Shown here in pieces: positions 23,970 to 37,300 of a stretch of 64,000 nt of DNA. The first letter of the stretch is position 1; every line of letters starts with the position of its first letter. The notes beneath the pieces were generated by a model, which saw only the letters and a program-made list of their open reading frames with translations, was not told the origin of the DNA and did not search any database. A program made the translations under genes and the position numbers. The DNA is taken from NCBI GenBank assembly GCA_965178125.1, contig OZ237775.1:372001-436000 (forward strand), written 5' to 3'. The DNA comes from Bilabrum cf. latius. Lineage: Eukaryota.

Positions 23970-25942
23970 GGGCCTGCTCCTGCGCCTCCTTGGGCGGGCG
24001 CAGCCGCGGCTCCAGCTCCCCCGGCCGCTTGCATCGCTTGTGGCTGAGCATGGGCAGCGACCCTGTGCAGTATCAGCGCAGCTGCTCTAGTTGGCGGTAT
24101 GTCTGCCCCGTACATGACGTGGTAGTCGCGCAGCAGCTACGCGCACTCGGCGTGTCCGCCTTGCCATGCCTGACCTATTGGCAGACTTCCCCCGGCAGTG
24201 CATGGTGTTGTGAGCAGTCGTGCGGTGCACGAGTGTCTGAGCCTTTTTGCGAGCTCAATTGGCCTGCCCTCGGTCGCTGCTTTGCACACGAATGGAAGCG
24301 TCAGCCTCGACGCGGGCAGCTTTGCGGAAATCCAGGAGATGCTGCACCCTTGGCGATCGCGGCCATCCACCGATGTCAATGCCCTGTATGAGCCCTGCCC
24401 CAAGCCGAAAGACGTGGGGAATGTTCCGGTTGCCCAAGACTCTGCCAGGAGGACGGAGGGCTGCAGCCAAGGCGGCAGGCGTGGCGGTTCGCAGGCCACG
24501 ATTCCATTCTCTGACACCATCAGGTAAACTAGAAAGTAGCTGAAAGTCTCTGCAGAATTGTAGTCCATGGCGGACCCAGTCCACTATGTACGTCTTGGTG
24601 GCGTCGGCGGGGTCGTTTTCGTGGAGCTCAACGAGGGCCCGGCACTTCATGAGGTCTACTCTGTCCTCGCCACCAACCGCCCCTTGCAGTCGCCGTTGTA
24701 ATTGCAGTAGTGAACTCGCAACTTGTCGCTCCTCTTGAGACAGGAATACCTCGCGGTTTGTTGGTACGATAGGACTAGGGGCTGCGCCAGCTGGGGGTAC
24801 TCGTTCCCATCAGCTCTAGTACCATGATCACGTGTTTACCCGCCTCTTCAGGTGCCAGATCCAAGTACACGGAGTGTGACACATGCAAAGCCTTGTCCTC
24901 GTAGAGCTTTATCCTGAATCTCATAGTATGCAATGCCGCGGAGGTAAACGGATCGCGCATTGAATATCGAGAGACCTGGACTGGTCCAATACGAGTTAGC
25001 ACCCGCCCTGTCGGCGTGTCAAGTTCAATGCTGAGGGGATTAACCCGGACAGCTATCACCATATGGTCACGAGCCGCCGTGTATACGGTGAATGTAGGCG
25101 GCGGGGGACCACTCGCAGCAAGAATCTTCTGCTGGTTTGCGAGCCGGATCCTCTACTGCCGGCCGCTTCCACGGACGGCCGAGTGGGCTTGAGAAAGTAG
25201 GACTAGCACAGACAGCAAAACGGCAAGAGGAACCGTGCGCATATTGTTGTAGTGTGTACGACGTGGGCGTTCATCAGGGCGGTTGCCGGCGGAAGCCAAC
25301 CGATGAGATCTCTGATCAGCGACGCCGGTCGCTACCGCCGATATAGCTGTTCCACACACACAGAGGGGTAATGCGAAGTCAGAAGCATATGTGCAACATT
25401 GAAAAGTTGGTCAAGTAAGACTGAACTCTCACAACTTGCGCAAGCTTCAGCATACCTTGATGATGGCCTGAAGCAGCCCAGGGCAGCGACTTTTTCTTCG
25501 CAGCGCAACTGATGCCGTCGCAGATGCTAGCGAGTTTGCAAGTGCATTCGACAAGTATCCTGTAAAATATGACAAAACAGGAGACGGGCTCTGTGCTTTG
25601 GTGAGTGCGTGCGTCCTCGCGAATTAATGCTGCACTGGTGCACCCCCACTGCGAACCCGTTTACACCTGAAATTACAGTCGCAGCTGCATGCAATACTGT
25701 GGAATGGAAAGCCCATTGGCGTATTTGAGGCTGCACTACAGCGAGGATGTGAGATGCAAGGCAGACAGATGCAGCCGCAGGAGCAAATTCGATATCCCGG
25801 CAGAGTGAGCGATTCGGCAGACTTTCCGAAATGAACCATGACTGTGGCGAGCATATGTTGCACTAAATGCACGAATACATTCTAGACGTAATGAAACGCA
25901 TCGCAGAATCGCACTGAAAGCATGATGACTGTAGCTAGCAGG

Positions 25943-26906
25943 ATGCAATCACTTGCTGCAGTGCGGTTGTTGGCAAAGCACGGCGCAGACGCAACAGAGG
26001 ATGATTGGATGAACACAGTGAGAGCAGGGAGGGCGTAGACATGGTAGCATTTGTATCTGGTGCAAGCGATAACCAGCCTAGTCCACGTTACGAATTCGAT
26101 CTTACAACAGAGGTACCGGCCATTGACGGTAGTTGCTGCTCAGGAGCCATTGGTAGTGAGAGCGCTGATAGAGCTGGGCTGTGATGCCAAGCTAGCTATT
26201 CCGGAAGAGTATGATAACTACATCTCGGCGGTGAGCAAAGCAGTCTCTGCAGTCGATTCATCGATTCGTGTTCTTCATCTGTTGCTTGTGTTTCACACGA
26301 GCCAGCTCCCCGATGCAGACATTCGCAACGCCACTGCACTGCTAGTTATACGCCACCGTCTCCCACGACATTCGACGGGATGAGAGGCCAACCCCTGCTG
26401 CCGTCACGTAGTGCTGCGCAGAGCTCCTGGCAGCCGGGGCAGACCCTCATGCGAGCACAGCGCGCGGGGACACGCCCCTCGATATCCTGAAGCTGCACTA
26501 CTGTCCCAAGATGCCGCTGCTCCAGCATGCCATCGAGCACTGCCGGGGCGACAGCCGCAAGTGCCTCCAGCTCATGTTCGACCGCGACACGGACGGCGTG
26601 CTCGCCCGCAGGAGGCTCATCCACCCGCGGGTGAGGGCGCTGATCGACCACAGGAGGGCGGTGGAGGCCAAGAGGGACGCGCGATTGTTGTTTCAGGCGG
26701 CGAGCGAGGGCAGGCCTCTGGAGCTCGGGAAGCGGCTGAGGCTGGGCAAGCTGGCGGGCGGGCTGGATGTGCGTGGCGAGGTGGAGGGCGGGGCGGGGGC
26801 AACTCACGTCGTGACGGCGCTGGAAGCGGCTCGGCTGGGGGGTCATGATGAGTGCGCCCGTGTGGTGTCTGACGCGCTGTGCCTGATGGGCAGGGCCAGG
26901 CTGTGA
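25943..26906 (+). CDS. Ankyrin-repeat protein, duplicate A (multi-exon; 5' end unresolved)
   Basis: RLLAKHGAD, ALIELGCD, AELLAAGADP..GDTPLD, TALEAARLGGHDECARVV. Intron ~26231-26318. In-frame TAG at 26343 and 26409. Ends TGA. Confidence 0.65.
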
Positions 26907-26984
26907 GCATGGTCGCTGGCTTGAAACGACTCAGGCTGCAGGACGGAGAGTATCCGGCGGCGCGCAGGAAAATGCTACTCCGTT

Positions 26985-27498
26985 TAGCGGACCATCGGTG
27001 TCGGCAGATGACTCGAGGCCCAAGGTGACTCTGACCGAGAACGCCGCGGCGCATCGCACTGCAATGGAAGCGCTCAACGAGGCAACTGTGACGACTGGAG
27101 CACTGCGTGACGCTGACCCGGGAGACCCAGCTTCGGCTGCAGGCGGGGCATTGTTATCGGGTGCATCGCACAAAAGTGCGTGGATCGAGGCGCTGCGTCT
27201 CTCGCAGCTGCCCATGCTGGCTTCCTCCTCCCTTGTTACGTTCGCGGTGTACTACCGGCCATGGTCTCACTCGGGGGCGTCGGCTGAAGGTGGTTCGCAG
27301 ATCGGGATGAGTGGCAGTGGTGGCGGCGGTGGCTCATTGCCTGCACCTGCTCCTACTTGCTGCGGGTGCTGCAGCAGTCCCTTCCGGCAGCTGGACCCGA
27401 GTTTCGTGTGCGTGCGGTGTCATGGTGCGTTCTGCTCGTCGTGTGACGAGCTGGTGCACGAGGTGGCGCACATGTGCCCAGGATGCTCACTCGAGTGA
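26985..27498 (+). pseudogene. Duplicated 3' fragment of TFIIH p44 (C-terminal zinc-binding domain only)
   Basis: Near-identical to 19214..19727; lacks the vWA domain. Confidence 0.7.
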
Positions 27499-27840
27499 CT
27501 GGCATCAACTCGTTTGTTTGGACTGCATGGCAGTGCAGTACATTGCGAGGGCTATCCAAAGGATGGAAGGCAGCGCAATTGTGCTTGTTGCGACTCGATG
27601 TTTGACGGATGTCGGAGAGCAAATTGATTGATGGATAAGCTATCAATCTCAATTCGGATGCCGCAGTGAATGAATGTGGAAAGGGCACTTGTGTCGCCCT
27701 CTGCCACTCGCACTGTGGTGCGCGTTGGCTCGACAATCGCACCAGGCATCCAGCTACGCTAAGCAAATGCACTCAAGTGTGCACAAGGGTGCTGCAAACG
27801 ATTCCTTCGATCGGGATCTCTTGCCGCTACAGGTCTGCGA

Positions 27841-29358
27841 TCAAGAGCCGCCCGTGCTCCCGCCTGCACCTGCGCCGCTTGCGGGGCCTGTTGGTCCAGT
27901 TCCTGTGGCTCCTTGGGCGGGTGCAGCTGCGGCACCAGTGCCTGCAGGTTGTGGTGGGCCTGGTCCTGCGCCTCCTTGGGCGGGTGCAGCTGCGGCACCG
28001 GTGCCTGCAGGTGGTGGTGGGCCTGCTCCTGCGCCTCCTTGGGCGGGTGCAGCCGCGGCACCGGTGCCTGCAGGCGGTGGTGGGCCTGCTCCTGCGCCTC
28101 CTTGGGCGGGCGCAGCCGCGGCTCCAGCTCCCCCGGCCGCTTGCATCGCTTGTGGCTGAGCATGGGCAGCGACCCTGTGCAGTATCAGCGCGGCTGCTCT
28201 AGGGGGCGGTATGTCTGCCCCGTACATGACGTGGTAGTCGCGCAGCAGCTACACGCACTCGCCGTGTCCGCCTTGCTATGCCTGAACGATAGGCAGGCTT
28301 CCCCCTGCAGTACATGGTGTCGTGAGCAGTCGTGCGGTGCACGAGTGTCTGAGCCTTTTTGCGAGCTCAATTGGCCTGCCCTCGGTCGCTGCTTTGCACA
28401 CGATTGGAGCGTCAATGGCGTGCTGGGCAGCTTTGCGGAAAACCAGGAGCTGCTGCATCCTTGGCGAGCGCGGCCCTCCCCCGATGTCGATGCCGTACGG
28501 CAGCCCAACACCCTGGCGAAGGACATGGGGAATGTTCCGATTGTTCAGGACTCTACCAGGAGGACGGAGTGCCGTATCCTTGCCTTGTGCCGAGGCTCCA
28601 AACAATCCTAGAACCATGCCGTTCTGATCGGAAGTGATGCCAGGAAGGAGCTAAAAATGGTCGCAAAGAGTAAGAGCTCTGCGTACCCAGGTAAGTATAT
28701 ACTGGCGGTGTTGGACTGTAGATTCGTGGCCGTTCAACGCGAGGAGAGCCCGGCATGTGGAGAGATCCTCTCGGTCTTCCTCGCTCAACGTCCCACGCAG
28801 ACTCCGGTGCAGCTGGACCCAAGCGCTCGCTACTTCTCTTTCTTCTGGAGAATAAACGACTTCCGCTGGCATCACCCGGATGGGACTGGGAGCTGCTCCG
28901 CCAGGCGATCCTTGCAGCAGGAGCTCCCGCAAGATCGGCACGTGATCGTCCACCTGCTCTTCGTCCAAATCCAGGCGCACAGAATGCGACACATGCAGAG
29001 CCTGGTCTTCGAAGAGTTTCATCCTGAATCTCATAAAGTGAGATTTTACGAGACTGCCTCGATCCCGAACCGAAAAGTGCGAGACCTCCACTGGTCCAAT
29101 ACGAGTTCGTACCGCTCCTGCCGGCGTGTAAAGCAAGATCCTGAGGGGATTGACCCGGATAGAAATCGTCATCCCAACACCGGCAGCCGTGACCACGGAG
29201 AACTTGGGCGGTAGGGGGCCACTCGCAGCAACTTGAAGACTCTTCTGCTGGTTTGCGAGCCTGATCCGCTGCTGCCGGCCGCTTCCACGGACCGCAGAGT
29301 GAGCTTGGGAAGATGGTACAAGAGCACACAGCAAGATGGCGACGACGAGTCTGAGCAT
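27841..29358 (-). CDS. 505-aa protein with signal peptide, degenerate ankyrin-like segment and C-terminal Pro/Gly/Ala repeats; read with TAG=Gln
   Basis: Starts MLRLVVAILLCALVPSSQA. Fragments 28651.., 28276.. and 27841.. share a frame and are joined by three TAG. Ends TGA at 27841. Confidence 0.75.
27905..28125. repeat. 63-bp coding tandem repeat (GAGPPPPAGTGAAAAPAQGGA) x ~3.5; the homologous array in copy A is split by the element
   Basis: The unit gcctgctcctgcgcctccttgggcggg... recurs every 63 bp here and at 20150-20332 plus 23970-24010. Confidence 0.9.
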
Positions 29359-30056
29359 ACTGTTATTCCCTGTATGATGTTGTAGAAGCAATGGAAGCAA
29401 CCGCGCAATCGCGGGAGGTCCTATCGAACGGCCGGTAGCTCGTGGTTTCGCCACACAATTGCCGTTTAGTGACAAGCAATGGAGGGCCAATAGCACCTAG
29501 GTAACCTCGGGAAACTGGACCAGTTAGACAAACCCACAAGGATGTGCAGCGCAAGTACTCCCACCGCCATGGTACAAAGTCAGAATTTAGTGCCCGACTG
29601 ACCTCATCGCAGCGCTGCTAGTATCGCCACAGACGCTGATGAGTTCACTGCCGCATTTGACCGATATCCAGTTGTACTAGACAGTACTAATGACGGTCTT
29701 TATGTTGTTGTGAGGTTTCTCGGTTGCAAGAGCGCGAAGCGATTCAAGTTGCAGTACGTACAACCCTGATGTTCCACCTATGCCCGAAAAGTTGCAGCTA
29801 AACGCAGTACTGGAGCGTGATAGGCCAACTGAGGTTTTCGAAGCTGCACTGTAGCGCGGGTGCGAGATGCAAGGAAGATACCTTCAGATGAGCGAACGAC
29901 GTCGACCTTTCCCCCGGATTGTGAGTTTTATTCTCAAAGTCATCCCTCCAACTGCTAAGTCATGATGCCTGTATTGCTATGTTAACGATGCTCATCCAGT
30001 ATTGACAAACGCTTCAGAATCGCTGTGAGAGCATCGCGACCGTCGCCGTTCGTGAG

Positions 30057-31013
30057 ATGCAATCGCTGGCTGCGATTCGGCTGTTGGCTAAGCACGGCGC
30101 TGACATAGCGGAAGATGATTAGTTCAATCCTGTGAGATAGCACATCTGTGGATTCATTGCACTGAGGTACCATTCTGAAACTGGTCCTGGATCCGTAGAC
30201 TCCTCGCGACATGATGTGGTGCAGAGGTTCCGGCCGTTGATTGCTGCACAAGAGCCATCCTTGGTAAGAGCGCTCATAGAGCTAGGATGCGACCCGAAGC
30301 TGCCGATTACTGAAAAGTATGACTGTATCAATCCAGATGTGAGCTTATTCACATTGACTGCTGCATTGAAACGATGTGGTCCAAAGTGTCTTGTTTATCT
30401 CAATGCTTTGATCCAAGCGTCGCAGACTTGCGCAACACCGCTGCATTGCCAGTTATACGCCACTCTTACCCCTAGTATTCGGCACGACTTGCGGCCAGCA
30501 CCCACTGCCGCGATACAGTGCTGCGCAGAACTCCTGGCAGCCGGGGCAGACCCTTGTGCACGCACAACGTGCGGGTATACACCGCTTGACAAAATGAAGC
30601 TGTACAACAAGCCCAAGATGCCGCTGCTCCAGCATGCCATCGAGCACTGCCAGGGTGACAGCCGCAAGTGCCTCCAGCTCATGTTCGACCGCGACACGGA
30701 CGGCGTGCTCGCCCGCAGGAGGCTCATCCACCCGCGGGTGAGGGCGCTGCTCGACCACAGGAGGGCGGTGGAGGCCAAGAGGGACGCGCGATTGTTGTTT
30801 CAGGCGGCGAGCGAGGGCAGGCCTCTGGAGCTCGGGAAGCGGCTGAGGCTGGGCAAGCTGGCGGGCGGGCTGGATGTGCGTCGGGAGGTGGAGGACGGGG
30901 CGGGTGCAACTCACGTCGTGACGGCGCTGGAGGCGGCTCGGCTGGGGGGTCATGATGAGTGCGCCCGTGTGGTGTCTGACGCGCTGTGCCTGATGGGCAG
31001 GGGCAGGTTGTGA
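30057..31013 (+). CDS. Ankyrin-repeat protein, duplicate B (multi-exon; 5' end unresolved)
   Basis: Paralogue of 25943..26906; CAELLAAGADPCARTTCGYTPLD. Probable intron ~30339-30425. Ends TGA. Confidence 0.65.
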
Positions 31014-31368
31014 GCGTGGGTCATGATGTGGGAAGTACTGACAGCATCGCGTTGCAGTGGACTGCCAGTGCCGCAGGCGGCTGTTGTCGCGGATCGCCGG
31101 CGGATCGGGTCGTGTGTGGTGAGTTGGAGGCAACGGACTGTGTTGTATTGAATCTGGATATAATCGTTGGATATCGGCCACCTTAGCGTGCATGGATGGA
31201 TGTTTTGTCGGCCCAAGGCCACCGATCTGGAGCTAAGGAGCTATTGGCGAACTCTGCGAACGTTCCATTTTCTGCCGTCGCAGAGATATCCAAGATCGCC
31301 CTTCACGCATCAGGTGGCCCCAATTCCTGTCGTTCCTTTGCGACCGTGCATTGTTTGAGAAACGTTGC

Positions 31369-34300
31369 ATGTCGTCTCTGCCGCACGAATCACGTGCGAG
31401 CGTAACGAACGATGGCAAAGGTGCTGCTTCCGATTCAGGAGCGTCGCAACCATCAGTTCGCATCAGTGTCCCTCCGAATGACGAGATGAAGGGCGCCCAG
31501 CTAAACTTAGAAGCATGGAAAACCTCACAGGTGTCTCAAAGGCAAGTAGACGAGAACGATCGCAGCCAGCCAGCGTCAACTGGCGAGCACGGAGGCGACG
31601 AACTCTTGCCCCTTGTGGACTACTTCCCCCTGCTGCAAGAAATCGAACTTTTCATCGGTAAGAATTCAAATAGATTATTTTGATACGTGCAGCAGGCGTG
31701 CGTATCCCGCATTCGCAATCGATTGCTCCTCGCCATGAATCGCCGACCATTGCAGACTTGGAGAATCGGCGAATTCGCGGACGGACTGTCCTGTACGTTA
31801 GAAGGTATGCTCGCCGCGGCGCACGACCGCCCAAAGCGATTCGGCTGCATTGCACGCCGGCAGTGCCGCCAGCGCCCGTTGGGCCAGCCGCTGCGTCGCC
31901 AGCTGCAGCCGCTTCTCAAGCCAGAGCGGCCGGGCAGGCGAGCATGTCGGACGCTGACGGCCCCTCCTCACTCGTCACGCAGCGATCCAGCACCCCATCA
32001 ACACTCGTCACACCTCGATCAGGCGGCGTAGTGGTGGGCCGCTGCTTCGTCGACGGGCAGCCGGCCCCTCACAGGCACGAACACCCGGATCTGGCCCCTG
32101 CCTTTTTGTGGTCCGACCTAGACGATCGGAGCGGTGAGGCATCTGGACAGGCCGAGATGGGGGGCGATGCTGGGAACGGATCGTTGCCACCACCATCGAC
32201 CTCGACTTCGTCATCAGGGGCAGCAGCAGCATCCGCCACTGCCAGGCGCGCAGTGATCGACACGGACGGGCTGCGGGTGTCTTACAGGGCGGCCCAGCGC
32301 AGGAAGCGGATGGGGGAGCTGGCGATCCGGTGGCCTGCGGAACCAAGCGGCGCCGCGCAATCCGCCGACGAGGGCGAGGGGTGGGTATCCTCCAGCCACG
32401 CGGTCGTGGTTGAATTCGCGGCGGTTGGGCCCATCCAGGGCCTCGTGTTCTCTGGCGGAACCGGCGCCACGCAATTCACCCGCGGCGGTAGCTCCAAGCT
32501 GCCATCCCCCGCTAGTTTCGTGCTCGCCCCACCGACCCCCGAGCGCACTTGTTCCCTGGCGTGGGAGGGGCTCGGGGGCCGCCGCTGGATGCCCTGCGTG
32601 GACCTGCCCAACGCGAGGTACATGTTCCGGTTTCGGGTTGTTCCCTGGGATGCCTGCTCTGGGCTCTAGCCAGTTGCGTCGGCGACAGCAGCGGCAACTT
32701 CACCTGAGTCACCTGAGTCAGCCGCTGCGGCGAAGCTACACCGCGTTGGCAGCAAGCCGCAGCCCCCACTGGTTGTGATCGCCCCGGGCCCATTCCAGGG
32801 ACGGGTATCACATGGTGGGACGAGTGATAGGGCGGGGGATGTGATGAGTGGGTCGGGCTAGGCATCGATGGAAGCGGACGATGACGACGAGCAGGAGAGG
32901 GGGCAATCCACCGGTGGACTGATCGGACTAGCCGAAGACCCCGTCCCGCCGCAACTGCGCAGAGGCAAAACTGACACCTAGCGAGACAAAACTGACACCC
33001 AGTCCTCCCCTTCCTCCGGCTGCTGGCAGTTCCGGTTTGGCGAGTGGATGCCCATGGCTGCCGCAGACGCGGCAATCGCGGCGGGCCGCTGGGCCGCCAC
33101 AGACCTGGGGTCGGCCACAGGCCGAACCCCAACCACCTCGACGCACTCGTCACACCAGACGCAGCAGGGAGAGTCGGCTGGACCGGCGGTTGGTGCAGCG
33201 GGTTCTGGGCCCACAGAACAGTCGAAGGGATCTGCCAAAGCAGTCACGAGAGGCGCGGCTTCGTCCTTGTCCCGGTCTTCGTCGTCCCCGTTGAAACCAG
33301 CCTTGCCCAGCAGCACCAGCACCGCTCTCGCCGTGGGAGCCGGCGCCGCGCAATTGGTTCCGCTGAGGCAGGTGTCGATCACGGGCCTCTCGCCGCCGGC
33401 TCTAGCGGCCCTTGCAGCGGATCACGGCATGAACCCAGAGACGGGTACCGTCGTACGGTTGGGACCCCCCGCAGAACGCCTCCATCATCATCACCATCAT
33501 CACCATTCGCAGAGCCGGCCGGGGCGGGAACCGGTTCGTGCGCGGCGCCAGCGGTCCGGTTCCGCAGGCCGAGATGAGATGCTGGGCGGCGCCCCGCCCA
33601 CAATGGCTCGGGAGTCATCGACCGCAAGCGCGAAAACCGCATCGCACGGTGGTGCGGCCGCTGGGTCAGGGGCGCAGTGGAAGGATGGCCCGGGGTCCAT
33701 GCTGCGGTTCCGCTTTTGCGCGGCGCCGTCTGCCGGAGACGGTCGCCTGTTGTCTCCCGCCGGCATGCTGACGTGCTTCCAGGACACTCTCGGGACGTTT
33801 CCCGGAACGTTCCTGGGACATTCTCGGACGTTTCTTGCCTTCGTCCCGGGTCTGGAGGCGGCCTGCGCGCCCCTCCTGCGGCACGCCGCCATCCTGGGAA
33901 ACGGCCCGCTGCCGGGCTTCTCTGCGTCGCCCACATCGCACTTCCTATCCCGTATGGCGGCCGAGCGGGCCACGGGGGGGGGTGCTGGAGGTCGCGCGGG
34001 CGGGGGGTTTGGGTGTGCAGCGGCCTGTCCTGTGCCCGGCGCCGGCGTGCTGCTTCCCCTATCTCTGCTGTCGTCACACCTGAGGCCAGACGCGGCGCTG
34101 GACGCCAGGTGCGGGGTGGCCTGGGGACTCGCCCTCGCCTGCGCCAAAGGTGCACTGCCTTGCAGCGGCTGGAGGCACGAGTGGATGGTGCCTGCGCTTG
34201 CTTACCACCTTTGCTGGCAGTGGCTGGAGAGGGCGCTGGGCCAGCCAGGGAACAACGGATCGGGGAACAACGCGGGGGCCGAGGCGAGAATCCGCGTGTT

Positions 34301-37300
34301 CCTCGCCCAGAGGGTTGCAACCGCCATGGCGGAGGCTGCGGTGCAGGCCGGGCCGCTTTGCCCACCCCCTGCAGTGGAGGACGAAACTGACCCCGGCTGG
34401 GACAGGGAGATCGCCGGTCTCACCGCGACTGACACCACCGTGATCGGACCAGGCAGCGGAACATCATCGCGCGGCGCCACCGCAGTCCGTCCCCTTGCGG
34501 GGGTCGAGGTGGCGGAAGGAGACCCCCTGCCCTACCTCCTCGAGCCCTGGCGGTCCGCCTCTGTGGGCGCCCGCACATGCCTCCTGCTCCGATCTCTGGC
34601 GTCCACGCTCGGGGCCGGCCCATCGAGGCACGCGCTTCGGCGGGCTGTGGGGCAGGCGGCGGCGGCGGCGGCGGCGACCGGAGCCAGGCAGCGCCAGGCG
34701 GCTGCCATGGCAGAGCGCGAAGTAACCGCTCGGTGGCGGCTTCAGGTCGCAACTGACGGTGATGCGGTTGCAACCGGTGATTTGCAGTCGTCACACTCGG
34801 GAACGCTGGGCACGCCCAAGACCAAGCTGCCGCAAGCCTCTTCCTCACCATCGACATTGTCATCGTCATCCCACGCTCCTCCGGGCTAGAGCAACGGCGC
34901 CGGCACGGCTAGCTCCAAAGCAACAGGACTTGCAGACGGTGGGACGAGCCCGAGCAGGCAAACCAAGGCCCAAAGTTAGGCCAAAACCCAGGCCAATGGC
35001 TCCGCAGCCCCTGCACCCCTCGCGCCCCACAGAAGCAGATCAGCGCTGGTCGCCCGCAAGGCGCAGACCGCACTCGTCACACTGACCTCCAAGATTCTCG
35101 CCGCCATGGGTGGTCACTCGTCACACGCTGCGGGTGGATCCGCTGCGGACGCCATGTCCCCAAGGACCCCGGGGGGTACCACCCCAAAGGGGATGGCATC
35201 CCCGCGATCCCCGGGCTCCGGCGGGGGCAGTGTGGGTGGTAAGAGCCGGCCTGAGCACGCCCTTCGAAGACTTCCCGCCGTAGCCGCTGCAAGCCGGTTC
35301 GCAGGTGGATCCACTCCGCTGAGCGGTTTCGGCCTCCCGCCCCTGCTGGCCCTCTGCGGCCGGTCCATGGCGCTCCACGCCGAGAACGCGCACTCGATGG
35401 GTGCATCGCACGATGGTGATAGCACCAGAGGGGATCTGCCTGCCACCGCGCTGGCCCTGGCAGGCGGGATTTGGTGGTGCGGCGCCGGCACGCGCGATTT
35501 CGAGGGCCTGCTCCTTCGAGTGGCCAGCGCGACGCAGAGGCTGCCCGTGGCGCAGTGGGCGCAGGGTTCGCTGTACTCGGCGAACGTTCCTCAGGTGCAG
35601 CTCTCGTACCAGTTCTCCAAGCAGCGGAAGTGCCTCTACGTGGCGCTCACCCAGGAGGCCTCCGCTGGTTCCGCAAGCGCGGCGCCGCTGGCCACGCTGT
35701 GCGACTACGTGATGGGCGGGGCGGGCGGGGCTTCGGCTGCCGGGGTCGGGCTGTGCTCTGCCTCCGCTGCTGCGGCGACATACGCATCCGCGATCCGGCT
35801 GGGCCAGACCCTGGCCGCAGAGCATTCGTCACACGCCGCTAGATCCTCCTCCTCGTCGTCGTCCTCGCGCCGCGGCAGGGGATTCGGAGCCGGAAGCGAT
35901 GCCTCCCACGGTGAATTCGCCTCGCACCTGCTCAGGTGCATGTCCTCGGTGCGCGCCACGGGCGGTTCCGCAAGCGCGGCGTGGTCCGGTCCGCTCGTCA
36001 TCTTGGTACAAGAGAAGGACGGGCTCCAGTGGAAGCACACGCTGCGGGCGGGAAGCTACGCGGGGGCGGGCCTGCAAGCCGACGCGGACGGCGCAGAGGC
36101 CGCCGGCGCGGGGGCCGGAGGATCATCACTCTCCAACAGGAAGGGCCGGAAACCGACGAGACTGACACCGGGTGCCGCCGCCACGCTGGCAGCCCAGGAA
36201 GCGGCACGAAAAGCGGAAGCCAGCGGGATGCAGGCCGCCGGTGACATCGCGCTTGGCGGAGCCCCGGCAGCTCACGTCCCTGTGCTCCACCAGCGGTTCC
36301 TTGTGCCTGTGCACGCGGCGCCGGAGCGGGTCAAGTCCAGGAAAATCTCGTTCTAGAGGAAAAGGGAGCGGCCCAGCAACAAGCCGACGGCCAGGGTGCA
36401 TCGTATTGCGGAGCGCATCAACGACACCTCCGTCGCGACCATCTCCACGGACCCCTACCTGCAGCAGTGGATGTCGGTCACCGCACTCGTCACGCCACTG
36501 TTCGCCGCGCAGGCGCTTCAGGTGCAGGATGATGCCGCGGCGCAGCTGCGGGCCATCGAGCAGCTCGGCTCCATGGTAACCCGGTCCCTCAGCGACGCAG
36601 AGCAGCACAACACCCTGTCGGCGAGAGCGGACCGGCCCCCCTCGGAACCGCTTGGGACCGGCATGCAGCTCATGTGCCTGAGAGTGTTGGTCGATACCGG
36701 TTGCAACCGCCAGGGCCGGTTCCACCCCTTCGTGCGCGAGGCCGCGTGGGTGGCCGTGGCGGAGTGGCAGTCAAGGAGGGCGGGGCCACTCGCACCCCTG
36801 TGGGGCCTGGGGCCATCAGCGGCGAAAGAGTACCGCGTGGATCTGGACGCGGGTGGTGGTGGGGGCGCGAGTGCGGGAATGGGCGTCTAGGGGGGCGTTG
36901 GTGCGAGTTGGGGGCCGGCTGGTGGTGCTGGGGTTTTGGGTCTTGGATGGGGTGCACCGCACGGTGGTGAGGTGGACGCGCGCGATGCCTCCAGCGGCAC
37001 CGGCGCCGGCGCCGCGCAATCGCTGGGCACGCTTGCCTTGGTTCCGCTTCCCCGCGCGAGCCAGAACGCGTCCCCTCAGCGACTTCAGCTCGTCAAAGGG
37101 AGCGGCTGGGCGGGTCGGGGCGCGGGCGCGTGGGTGGCATTTGACTCGATGCAGTTCGAGATGGGCCGGTTCTGGTGGTGCCTCGAACGGGACCTGCCAC
37201 CACCTCCGGGTGTCAGGCGCTCCGGACACCTCGCCGAACGGTTAGCTCCGAAGGGCCTCCCCGCGGCGCGCTGGTTCACTGCAGACGACCTGCAGAACCA

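Larger units (their letters stand above)
20087..25242 (-). pseudogene. Disrupted paralogue of the 27841..29358 gene
   Basis: Colinear with copy B (signal peptide MRTVPLAVLLSVLVLLSQA...). Interrupted by the 3.6-kb element and by an apparent +1 frameshift near 24290-24297 (gacgcttccattcgtgtgc vs gacgctccaatcgtgtgc). Confidence 0.75.
19214..31015. repeat. Tandem segmental duplication of a ~4-kb unit (copy A ~19214-26908 including the insertion; copy B ~26985-31015)
   Basis: Both copies have the same order: p44 3' end, minus-strand signal-peptide/ankyrin/PGA-repeat gene, plus-strand ankyrin gene. The ends are near-identical (19214-20332 vs 26985-28086; 26505-26908 vs 30612-31015). Confidence 0.9.
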
